This document shows positions 53,905 through 62,473 of a stretch of DNA of 64,000 nt, piece after piece; the first letter of the stretch is position 1, and each line of letters starts with the position of its first letter. Under the pieces are notes generated by a model, which worked only from the letters and a program-made list of their open reading frames with translations, was not told where the DNA came from and made no database searches. A program made the position numbers and the translations under genes. This DNA is from an uncultured delta proteobacterium (GTDB lineage: Bacteria > Myxococcota > Kuafuiibacteriia > Kuafuiibacteriales > Kuafuiibacteriaceae): the NCBI GenBank assembly GCA_963803435.1, contig CAWDML010000007.1:320001-384000 (forward strand). Reading direction: 5' to 3'.

Positions 53905-55602
53905 GTGATGAACAAGGTAGCGAGAGACAGCATGTTGAGCGTGTTCGACTCCGCCAGCGCCGCGTTGCTCTCCGGTGGTGGGCGTCGAGTCGGCAACGGA
54001 GAGAAGAAGGAGGTCGTCCGGGATCTCCGAAGCGTGGGTCGTGGAACCGAGGCCGAGGTCGCCAACAAGGCGCACGAGCTCGCGGCCAGTTTCACGAAGA
54101 AGCCCGACGCTGCAGCGTTTCAAGAGGCGCGCCGACTGGTCGGGATCCATCTTGACAAGATCACGAACCAAGGTGAGGTCGACCTCGGCCGTCTCGACGA
54201 GATCCAGGCCGACCTGCGCCCGTTCGTCAGCGCGCTCGCCGAGCTGGCCGGCGCCAAGGCGCTCGAGGCGGTCAAGACCGACGTCAGCCACGCCGAGATC
54301 GGATCCGCCCTGCAGCACGCTTCGACGGTCCTGGCCAACGGGATCCCGGACGGCCTCACCCGGTTGACCAAGGACGGCGCGGCCTCGGTCATCGACGGTC
54401 TGCACGGCACCGAGCGCCAGGCGGTGGACGCGCTCGCCGACCGCGCGTTCAAGGGGACGTCCTCGGTCAGCGCCGCGGATCTGGATCGCGCCGCCCGCAA
54501 GCTGGCGGCCGAGCTGGTGCTCGAGGACATGGGGACACCCGGCTTCAACACCAAGGAGCTGGCCAAGCTGCCGGCCGGGCTGCAAGCGCTGGCTCGCCTT
54601 GGCGTCATGATCGCGGGCAACGTGATCGAGCCGGCGAAGCCGAAAGCGGTGGGCGCGGCGCCCGACACTTCGTTCAGCAAGCTGGCCGCGGAGACCGTCC
54701 CGGCGCGGCTCGAGACCGTGCGTCAGGGGATCGATCAGCTCGGGGCCGGCACCATGCCCCACGACGTCGAGCTCAAGTCGTTCCGCAAGGCGCTCCTCTC
54801 GCTGCGCACGATGATCGACGCCTTCGCGCACAGCTACCCGGTCGTCGACCGGCACGCCGATCCGCTCACGCAGATCCGCGACCACGTCGACCAAGGATAC
54901 GAGGCGATCGGATCGTTCAAGGACGAGTTCGACTCGCAAGGCCTGGTGCTGTCGGTCCAGGATCCCCAGGGCAACTGGTCGGCGGGCGTGCGCCCCGAGG
55001 AGATCAAGTACCCGAACGCTCCGCGCCTCGAGCTCGAGCGCCAGAAGGTGCTCGAGTGGAAGGAGTCGTTCGGCGCCCGGATCGACGAGTACGCCGACTA
55101 CCTGGGCAAGCCGAGCGCCGAGCCCGTGCAGCCCGAGGGCAAGCGGAACCTCTCCGAGCTCTTCTGGGGCGGCGTGAAGAAGCGGCCGAAGCCGGAGCTG
55201 TCGGGGCTCCAGAACATCTCGCGCCTCACGGCCGGGATGATCGGCGAGGTCGAGCAGAAGCTCGACAAGCTGCTCGATTCGCCGGCGCTCGGCCGCGACA
55301 AGGAGAAGACGTTCCACGAGACGCGCAAGCAGCTCCGGTCCGCGCTCTCGCTCACCGTCGAGCTGCCCGGGATCGTCCGCGAGGGCGATCGCAACGCGGT
55401 GCTGACCCGGGACCTCGAGGCGCTGGTGACCCAGATGGGCACCATCGCCGACAAGATGGCGGCGCGCGATCTCGCCCCGAAGAAGGACCGTGCGCCCATC
55501 GAGCGCGAGATCCAGCGCGCCTGGAAGGATCTCCGCAAGGAGATGAAGAAGCAGGATCTCGAGGGACAGCTCGCCGCCTTCGTGCGGAACCTGGTGGTCT
55601 GA
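53905..55602 (+). CDS. CHAD-domain protein with long N-terminal extension
   Basis: ELKSFRKALLSLRTMIDAF...IGSFKD and FHETRKQLRSAL...MGTIAD half-repeats. Confidence 0.65.
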   Translation: MMNKVARDSMLSVFDSASAALLSGGGRRVGNGEKKEVVRDLRSVGRGTEAEVANKAHELAASFTKKPDAAAFQEARRLVGIHLDKITNQGEVDLGRLDEIQADLRPFVSALAELAGAKALEAVKTDVSHAEIGSALQHASTVLANGIPDGLTRLTKDGAASVIDGLHGTERQAVDALADRAFKGTSSVSAADLDRAARKLAAELVLEDMGTPGFNTKELAKLPAGLQALARLGVMIAGNVIEPAKPKAVGAAPDTSFSKLAAETVPARLETVRQGIDQLGAGTMPHDVELKSFRKALLSLRTMIDAFAHSYPVVDRHADPLTQIRDHVDQGYEAIGSFKDEFDSQGLVLSVQDPQGNWSAGVRPEEIKYPNAPRLELERQKVLEWKESFGARIDEYADYLGKPSAEPVQPEGKRNLSELFWGGVKKRPKPELSGLQNISRLTAGMIGEVEQKLDKLLDSPALGRDKEKTFHETRKQLRSALSLTVELPGIVREGDRNAVLTRDLEALVTQMGTIADKMAARDLAPKKDRAPIEREIQRAWKDLRKEMKKQDLEGQLAAFVRNLVV

Positions 55603-55636
55603 CCCTTCTTCCCGCACACTGGGCCGGGAGGCTGAC

Positions 55637-56044
55637 GTGGGGCACAAGTCGGACGAGGAGTCGATCTGGGAGGCGATCGGTGAGGCCAACCGGGCCTGGG
55701 TGAGCGGCGATCCGCTCGAGGTGGGCGCCTTGTTCGCGCGCGACGCGGTCATGGTCCTGCCGGGGCTCGCAGGTGCGCTGGTCGGACGCGACGCGATCGT
55801 CCAGAGCTTCGTCGACTACACCCAAACGGCGAAGACCACCCGGTTCGACGAGCTCGAGCACCAAATCCACGTCTTCGGAGACACGGCGGGCGTCGTCTAT
55901 CGATTCCGGGTCGCGTACGAGCTCGACGGTGCGAGCTACGAGGAGACCGGCCAGGAGATCCTGGTCCTCCAGAGGAAGAAGAAGGGCTGGCGCGTGGTCA
56001 TGCGGACCCAGGCGCCCGTGCTCGAGGCCCAAGCTACTGCGTGA
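55637..56044 (+). CDS. NTF2-like/DUF4440 protein
   Basis: NRAWVSGD...LFARDAVM...GRDAIV...VFGDTA...GWRVV. Confidence 0.85.
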   Translation: MGHKSDEESIWEAIGEANRAWVSGDPLEVGALFARDAVMVLPGLAGALVGRDAIVQSFVDYTQTAKTTRFDELEHQIHVFGDTAGVVYRFRVAYELDGASYEETGQEILVLQRKKKGWRVVMRTQAPVLEAQATA

Positions 56045-56059
56045 CGCGGGATAGGAATG

Positions 56060-56311
56060 GCCCATGAAGGCATCCCTGTTCGTCGGATATTGAGCCTTCA
56101 TCCCGAGGTGATGAAAGCGTCTCTCGAGCGTAGGCTGGGAAGATCGTGGTCGACGGGCGAGGACGGTTTGGAATGAGGGCTTCGAGCCCGGATAGGAATG
56201 TGTCTGGCCCGGCTGCGGCATCCCGAATAGACGACGACGATCGCGAGTGGGAAGTACGCTTTTTGACGCCGGAGCTCCCGTCGACCACGAGCCGAAATCG
56301 CGAGGTTCACG
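56060..56311 (+). ncRNA. Candidate IS110 left-end structured RNA (bridge/seek-type)
   Basis: Non-coding region upstream of an IS110 ATG; 14-bp stem 56144-56157/56277-56290 encloses hairpins and segments matching the flank. Confidence 0.45.
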
Positions 56312-56405
56312 ATGCGAGTGGTTCATCTGATCTGCGCCGGAGTGGACGTCCACCAGGCGCAGCTCTCGGTCTGTGTTCGCCGGGTGGTCGACGACTCCTC
56401 GGTGC
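56312..56405 (+). pseudogene. IS110-family recombinase, N-terminal ~30 codons
   Basis: MRVVHLICAGVDVHQAQLSVCVR matches the DEDD RuvC start (CAGLDVHK). Confidence 0.75.
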
Positions 56406-56509
56406 GCTTGGGTCAGGGACTGCAGGGCGGACAACACCTCTACAGGCGGATTCTCCTGCTCCTCTTTGAGGCGCTGATCTCGCTCGGCGGTGCTCGAATT
56501 CAGCTCGCC

Positions 56510-56775
56510 TGGGTCGGGACGATGCGGCCGATCAGCGCGCCGGCGACGAAGGGCCCGTCGAAGTCCACATCGAACCACGTGCCGAACGCCTTGGCGTCGC
56601 TGATGGCGTGCCACACATGCGCAAGCGGCGCGCGCAGGAAAGTCTTCTTCTCGATACGGTCTTTGATGTCGTTCATTAGCAACCTCCAGGTTGCCCATGC
56701 ACGTAATCGAGGCGTTTTAGAAAAGCAACCCATAGGTTGCGTTTTATTCACGCGCGCTGGATCGAGACTCCAAAG
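56510..56775. repeat. ~270-bp direct repeat, copy 2 (truncated SRPBCC 56500-56676 + operators 56679-56694, 56725-56740)
   Basis: Near-identical to 44451-44719. Confidence 0.92.
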
Positions 56776-56832
56776 TCGGCTTTTTCTCAGCTTTCGATCG
56801 GAGCAAGTCTCTCAGTCAGGGTTTGCGCCTAT

Positions 56833-57222
56833 TCAGCCCGGCCAAGGCGTACCACAGCAAACGTGACGGCCATCCGGATCGCGGAGGGCGACGAAGCTCA
56901 TCGGACCGATCTCGCTCCGCGCGATCACCTCCACGCCGCGTTCGGTCAGGCGGGCCAGGAGCCGATCCAGATCGTCGACCGTGAAGCTGACGATGGTCCC
57001 CGGCGGATCGCGATGCTGCGCCGCCGTCTCCAGCCAGAACCCCTTCCGGTCGTGGATCGCGAAGTGGAACGAGCCGAGCTGGCAGGCCCAGTGCCGCTGG
57101 GTGCCACGGTGCTGCTCGAGCTCGAGCGGAATGTCCAGCACCTCGCGATAGAACTCGGCCGTGCGCTCGGGCGAGTCGGAGGTGAGGACGACGGACTTCA
57201 AATCACTGATCAAGCTCTTCAT
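56833..57222 (-). CDS. VOC/glyoxalase family protein
   Basis: SDSPERTAEFYREVL...VSFTVDDLD...LRDPDGRHV. Confidence 0.88.
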   Translation of the reverse strand: MKSLISDLKSVVLTSDSPERTAEFYREVLDIPLELEQHRGTQRHWACQLGSFHFAIHDRKGFWLETAAQHRDPPGTIVSFTVDDLDRLLARLTERGVEVIARSEIGPMSFVALRDPDGRHVCCGTPWPG

Positions 57223-57332
57223 GTTCGATCTCCTTCGCGACAATCCTTCCGCACCGAGCTCGATCCGACGATGGCTAGGGGCGCCGATTCGCTTGGCCGA
57301 GCGCGCCAGCTCGGTGCGATACTCTTCGGCCC

Positions 57333-58358
57333 GTGGCACGCGCGCCCAGAGACTTCGCCGCCGACTCGCGGATCGTTCCCCTGATCCTGCGCGCGCTCGA
57401 GCGCCGGGGGCTCGAGGTCGATCGGGTGCTCCGCGTGCTCGACCTCCCGTCCGATGCGCGTCATCTCCAAGAGGTCCCGCTGACGCCGGCTGACTTCGAA
57501 GCCCTGCTCTCCTCCGCCGCCGCCGAGCTCGACGATCCGTTGATCGCGCTGCGGCTCCCCGGTGAGCTCGAATCGCCGAGCTACAACGTCGGCGAGCTGG
57601 CGGCGCAAGCGAGCCCGAGCCTCGCCGAGGCCCTCGAGCGGGTCGCGCGCTACGCATCCCTGTTCTACGCTCACCTCTCGTTCCACGTAGAGCGTCGATC
57701 GCGCGAGCTCTGGTTCACGCAACGACTTCGCGGCGGACGGCGCGGCAGGCGCTACGGCAACGAGTACGGCATCGGCTCCGCGCTGCACCACGCCCGCAAG
57801 GTGGCCGGCTCTGGGCTGGCGCCGCTGCGCGTCTGGTTCGCGCATCCGCGGCCGCCGGAAGCGGAGGCCATCGCCCGCTGGCTCGGCGCCCGTGTCGAGT
57901 TCGACGCCGACGACAACGGGATCGCGTTCGCGCTCGAGGACGCCGATCGACACCTGCCGAATCGAGATCCACGCCTACTGCGGACCGCCGAGGAGCTGGC
58001 CGAGCGGGCGCTCGCCGAGCGGCCGCCGGAGATCGACTTCCCGATCGAGGTCGCCCAGGCGATCCGGCGCGGCCTGCCCGAGGGTCGAGTCGAAGCGGCA
58101 GCGATCGCCCGCCGGATGCGCCTCTCCACGCGTACACTGCAACGCCGGCTGGAGCAGACCGGCACCACCTATTCGGCGCTACTCGAACGCGCACGCCGCG
58201 AGCTGGCGGTCGAGCTGGTCGAGACCACCCGCGAACCGCTCGCCGAGATCGCCGAACGCGCCGGCTTCTCCGACGCAGCGACCTTCAGCCGCGCCTTCAA
58301 GCGCTGGACGGGCGCGTCCCCCGGAGCGTTTCGTAAGCAGCGCGATCCCGGGATCTGA
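57333..58358 (+). CDS. AraC-family regulator (Arabinose_bd_2 + HTH)
   Basis: SPSLAEALERVARY...VWFAHPRP...STRTLQRRL...GFSDAATFSRAFKRWTG. Confidence 0.93.
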   Translation: MARAPRDFAADSRIVPLILRALERRGLEVDRVLRVLDLPSDARHLQEVPLTPADFEALLSSAAAELDDPLIALRLPGELESPSYNVGELAAQASPSLAEALERVARYASLFYAHLSFHVERRSRELWFTQRLRGGRRGRRYGNEYGIGSALHHARKVAGSGLAPLRVWFAHPRPPEAEAIARWLGARVEFDADDNGIAFALEDADRHLPNRDPRLLRTAEELAERALAERPPEIDFPIEVAQAIRRGLPEGRVEAAAIARRMRLSTRTLQRRLEQTGTTYSALLERARRELAVELVETTREPLAEIAERAGFSDAATFSRAFKRWTGASPGAFRKQRDPGI

Positions 58359-58361
58359 GAC

Positions 58362-59693
58362 TCAATCGGCGAGTCGGACGAGCTGCCCCGGAGTCTGCGG
58401 AGTGTTGGGATTCTGTCCGAGAGCCAGGAATCCGTCGCGGACCGGCACCAGATGCTGGACCGAGTACGCGGCGAGGTGATCCTCGACCGCGCAGTAGCCA
58501 TCGGGCAGGTACTGGCCGCCCGCGCCGAAGGCCCCCGCATAGAGGAAGCCGCCTCGGTAGGGGGCAATCGCAAACGGAAACACCGTCAGCGGCGACGCTC
58601 CCAGCGCTCGCCACGCGGCGCCTGCCTGGGAGAAGAACTGTCCATCGGCGCTGCCGAGCACCACCCCGAGGCCGTCGACGTACGCTGCCGCGGTGAAGCC
58701 AGCCCCGGTGGGTACGGACTCGACGTGCTGCTCGCCGTCCGATGAGATCCGGACGATGCTCGTGCTGCCCGATGCGGCCGCGATGATCTGCCCGTCCGCG
58801 GTGAGGAGGGCGTGGCCGCCGAAGTCGGCGTCGCCGAAGTCGTAAAGCTCGGTCACACCAAGCGCGTCGTAGCGTTGAAACGTCCCGTCCGAGCGCACGC
58901 TGTAGATCTTCGGCTCGCCTCGCTCCCGCCGCAACGCGATCCGATAGCGCTGCTCGTAGGGCGGGAAGCTGTAGGTCACCGGCTCCAGCCTCAGCTCGGT
59001 CCGCGACGTGAACGTACCGGTGAACAGCTCACCCCACCGGCTCATCAACCACCAGGTGCGATCGACCTCGTCCCATACACCATGAGAGAGGAGCGCGGGG
59101 GGGCTCACCACCACCTCTTCGACGCCGGAGGGGGTCCAGGAGAACAGCGCCCCGCTTCGCATCCCGATCACCACGACCGTCGAGGAGAGCACGAGCGCGA
59201 GCTCGGTGTCCGAACCGTCTTCGAGCGAGAAAGGCTCGCTCGAGAAGTCGGCGCAGTCGCGAGGTCCCGGATCCGCGATGCGGAACCCGGCCAGCCCCTC
59301 GCTCGCGCTCGCGGCCAGCTCCCACTCCGGCGAGTCGTCCGGGAGCATCGTGCGATAGATGTCACCGGTGGCGGGAAGCGCGCGCGCACGTTCTTCCTGG
59401 CCGGCACGCGGGAGCAGGCCTTCCTCGAGCAACGAGGCCGACAGCGGCTCGGCGTACAGGAGCGCTTCCATCAGCACGGACTCGTCGCGCTCGATCTCCT
59501 CCGGGATGCGGAGCACGACATCGGGACCCGGAACGTCGAAAGCGCGGACCGTCAGCTCCGGATCGTGCGTGGCGCGATGCAGCCCGAGAATCAGCGCGCC
59601 ATGCTCCAGCGGTGGAAACGGGACCCGGACCACGTCCCCCGGCGCGCACCCGGCAGTCACAACGGCGATCGTGATGGTCACCGTCCACCGCAC
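58362..59693 (-). CDS. Hypothetical lipoprotein, probable beta-propeller; paralog of 7950-9335
   Basis: VTAGC lipobox; QYLPDGYC motif; same length and layout as the paralog. Confidence 0.7.
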   Translation of the reverse strand: MRWTVTITIAVVTAGCAPGDVVRVPFPPLEHGALILGLHRATHDPELTVRAFDVPGPDVVLRIPEEIERDESVLMEALLYAEPLSASLLEEGLLPRAGQEERARALPATGDIYRTMLPDDSPEWELAASASEGLAGFRIADPGPRDCADFSSEPFSLEDGSDTELALVLSSTVVVIGMRSGALFSWTPSGVEEVVVSPPALLSHGVWDEVDRTWWLMSRWGELFTGTFTSRTELRLEPVTYSFPPYEQRYRIALRRERGEPKIYSVRSDGTFQRYDALGVTELYDFGDADFGGHALLTADGQIIAAASGSTSIVRISSDGEQHVESVPTGAGFTAAAYVDGLGVVLGSADGQFFSQAGAAWRALGASPLTVFPFAIAPYRGGFLYAGAFGAGGQYLPDGYCAVEDHLAAYSVQHLVPVRDGFLALGQNPNTPQTPGQLVRLAD

Positions 59694-59842
59694 GACGGCC
59701 ACGATGCCATGGCTTCCCCACCGGGGAACAGCTCCTGCGAGCGGTCGTCGCCTTTCGATCGCAGAAAGCACAGGCTCGGTCAGGAGCGCCGGGCCGCCGC
59801 CATATTCCCCCTCGTCGACTTTCGTCGACTAGGAGGTTTTGA

Positions 59843-60583
59843 ATGCTTCGAACTCTGCGCACAGTTACCACTCTCGGATTGTTCGCGGCGCTGGTCGCCT
59901 GCGGCGGAGTCCAGGATTGACCCGAGACGGACTCGCTCCCGATTCACCTGATTGCCTCCGCCGAGCTCGCCGACGGCGGAAGCCTCGAGCTGCACGAGCC
60001 AACGCCCGGCGAGCTCGTTGCAATCTACGTCGGAAAGGACCGGTCCTACGGGGACCTCTTCCAAGGTCTCGAGCGCGGGACGGTCTCCTACGCGGAGCTC
60101 TTCGAGACCATCGCCGGCCGCAAGGCGCCGGAGGCGGTCGTCCAGGCGGAGTCCAGGCTCGTCGAGGCGAAGGCCCGGATGGCCGCGGATGAGGTCTTCG
60201 ATCGTGAAGAGATTGCCGAGGCGCCGCAGCTCGCGAACATCGGCCAGTCCCGTTCCGGCCTCTCGGCCACCGACTTCGCCGCCACCTACTGCCCGAGCGG
60301 TTGGGGCTACATGTATTGCTGGACGTCGCGCACCGGCAATGCCTCGGTGACGCGCACGACGCTCTCGATGTACACGTACCTCAACACGTACGCCGGCGGG
60401 TCGGTCCAGCACATTCTCGAGTACCAGAACGTCTTTGGTAACTGGGTGACCTACGTGAACAACACGGTGCCGGCCGGCTTCATCTCATACATCTCCCGTT
60501 CGGGGATCTGGACGACGCGCCGCACCCGCGTCACCCAGGCTTCGGGCGACAGCTACCACGTCTCGATCTACGGCACGATCTGA
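59843..60583 (+). CDS. Hypothetical lipoprotein with an in-frame TGA at codon 26
   Basis: AGGAGG RBS, LVAC lipobox, TGA at 59918-59920, then open in the same frame to 60583. Confidence 0.65.
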
Positions 60584-60643
60584 GGGACCTGCAGGCACGG
60601 ATTCCGCCGGTCATGGTACGAGTATGATGCTCGAGACCACCAA

Positions 60644-61168
60644 ATGATCGACACGCTCGAACGTCTCCTCGACGACATGCACGCCTTCCGTGAGGCCTGG
60701 AGCGGCGATACCGATGCCGACCTCGAGGAGACGTTCGGCGACCGCGCGCGGGAGCTCGGCGCGCGCGCAGTGCTCACAGTCCTCTTCCGCACCTATCAAG
60801 ACTCCTGGTTGTCGGGCTGGCTCCGCACGCTGAGGTGGGTCTGGAAGGACGTGCCCTACCCCACCTGGCTCGAGATCCTCGAAGACCTGAGCGAAGACCG
60901 CAACTTCCTCTACCAGTTCCTCTGGTTCGCGAGCGAGTCGCTGGCCCTCGACATCCACCGCCTTCCCGCCCTCGCACCGAACCTCCGGACCGAGCTGGAC
61001 AGCGAGACGTTCCGCGACGGCGGACCGCTGCCGATCTCGCCCCACCTGCGCGCGCGCATGGAGGACCACTTCGATTACGAGGCCATGTGGCAGCGCCTCG
61101 AACACGAGGGCGCGCCGATGCGCGACGTTCCTCCCGGCACGCCCAACCGGCACGTCTTCGAGGTCTGA
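60644..61168 (+). CDS. Hypothetical protein
   Basis: 174-aa ORF with coding-like codon usage, Trp/aromatic-rich. Confidence 0.65.
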   Translation: MIDTLERLLDDMHAFREAWSGDTDADLEETFGDRARELGARAVLTVLFRTYQDSWLSGWLRTLRWVWKDVPYPTWLEILEDLSEDRNFLYQFLWFASESLALDIHRLPALAPNLRTELDSETFRDGGPLPISPHLRARMEDHFDYEAMWQRLEHEGAPMRDVPPGTPNRHVFEV

Positions 61169-61227
61169 CGGACGCGGCCAGCGCACGGGCAGAGCTCCAC
61201 GTCGATGCGGCCGGCGACAGCCGAGCA

Positions 61228-61256
61228 TTGACAGGCCCAGGCGCTGATGCTATCTA
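61228..61256 (+). promoter_or_regulatory. sigma70-type promoter of the tRNA
   Basis: TTGACA-N17-TATCTA with extended TG. Confidence 0.7.
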
Positions 61257-61273
61257 CCCGGAAACATTAGCAA

Positions 61274-61346
61274 GCGGGACTAACTCAGTTGGTAGAGTGC
61301 AACCTTCCCAAGGTTGAAGTCGCGGGTTCGAGTCCCGTGTCCCGCT
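61274..61346 (+). tRNA. tRNA-Gly (CCC), CCA not encoded
   Basis: GCGGGAC/GTCCCGC acceptor stem, D arm, CAACC-TTCCCAA-GGTTG anticodon arm, TTCGA T-loop. Confidence 0.97.
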
Positions 61347-61366
61347 CGAAGAAATCTCAGTCGTCG

Positions 61367-61406
61367 CGGCCGGATGGAGTGAGCGCTCCACCGGCCGTTT
61401 TCGTTT
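61367..61406 (+). terminator. Intrinsic terminator after the tRNA
   Basis: CGGCCGG..TGGAG/CTCCA..CCGGCCG hairpin followed by TTTTCGTTT. Confidence 0.7.
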
Positions 61407-61625
61407 GGTCCCCCACTTCCGGGGTCGGTCCCCCACTCGGTCCCCCATTCGCGAAGATCTCCGCGAACGCGAGCTTCGCAGCAGCACGCTTCTCGCTCGC
61501 AGAGACCGTCGAGTAGTGCTCGTGCATCTCCGTCAGATGAACGGTGATCGCTTTGGTCAGGACCTCGGTTGTACCGGCGCGGACTGGATGCGTAGTTCCG
61601 AAGCCGTTCGTCCCGCTTTGTCGTA
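61400..61625 (-). pseudogene. Tyrosine recombinase/integrase, C-terminal remnant
   Basis: VRAGTTEVLTKAITVHLTEMHEHYSTVSASEKRAA resembles the box II (GH...Y) region. Confidence 0.65.
61407..61448 (+). repeat. Three direct repeats GGTCCCCCA(C/T), integrase arm-site-like
   Basis: Copies start at 61407, 61427 and 61439. Confidence 0.6.
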
Positions 61626-61765
61626 GTCGCGTGAGCGCGTAGCCGCTCGTTCAACAGCGATCGTGGTGTCCCGTTCCGCGTTGAGCGCGGGAGCGGCCGT
61701 TTTCTGGCCAGGAAGGAGGGAAAGGGGGCAATTCAAAGACTCCTACATCCACGAAAGGCCCCCAA

Positions 61766-62383
61766 ATGATCGACGAGCGACCATCCCCTCCTGATCTCGA
61801 AGCATGGCTCGATGCGGAGTACCCGTCCACCCAGAAAGGCGGCACGTTGATCGAGCCGGCGGTGCGCGAGCTCGAGACGCACGAGGAGTGGATGCGCGCC
61901 CCCGGCCGCTACCGTCCGGCCGGATGCCTCCGGTGCGGCGCCACCCTCCACATCCACGACTACCGACCACGGCAGCTTCGATGTGATCCCTGGGAGCTCA
62001 CGCAGGTCGTCCGGTTCCTCTGCAGCAACGAGGCGTGCGGCGCCACGTGGCAGGTGCTCCCGATGTTCATCGCGCGCCACCTCTGGCGAAGCTGGCGCGT
62101 GGTCGAGCGTGCCGTCGAGCCGGAATCGTCCACGCCGGTTCCGCCAGCAACGGTTGAGCGCTGGCGGAGCCGGCTCGGCCTCGGCGCCCGCGTGCTCGTG
62201 ACCCTCCTCGCGACCGCGAGCAAGGGCGTCCTCGACGCCATCGTCCGGCTCGTCGGCCTGGACGCGACGCGCTCGGATCTGGTCGAAGCGTTCGCGCGCA
62301 AAGCGCGACCCCCGGATGGCGAGTGTCTCGCCGAGATCGCGGAGCTCGTCCACCGACTGCACCGCGGAGTCCGTCTCATGTAG
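61766..62383 (+). CDS. Zn-finger/HTH accessory protein (DUF6431-like) of a DDE transposon
   Basis: CLRCG..LHIHDYRPR...RFLC..CGATWQVLP.F; TVERW. Confidence 0.7.
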   Translation: MIDERPSPPDLEAWLDAEYPSTQKGGTLIEPAVRELETHEEWMRAPGRYRPAGCLRCGATLHIHDYRPRQLRCDPWELTQVVRFLCSNEACGATWQVLPMFIARHLWRSWRVVERAVEPESSTPVPPATVERWRSRLGLGARVLVTLLATASKGVLDAIVRLVGLDATRSDLVEAFARKARPPDGECLAEIAELVHRLHRGVRLM

Positions 62384-62473
62384 CTGGGGCACATCCCGCC
62401 CGCGGGACGCTCGCCGATCGCCGCCGCGTTTTCCCACCAAATCCGTCGGTCCCATTGGACGAAGCTCCGCGGC

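Noticed and set aside
59843-61168. Toxin-immunity pair
   Set aside because: The arrangement is compatible, but no recognisable toxin or immunity motif supports it
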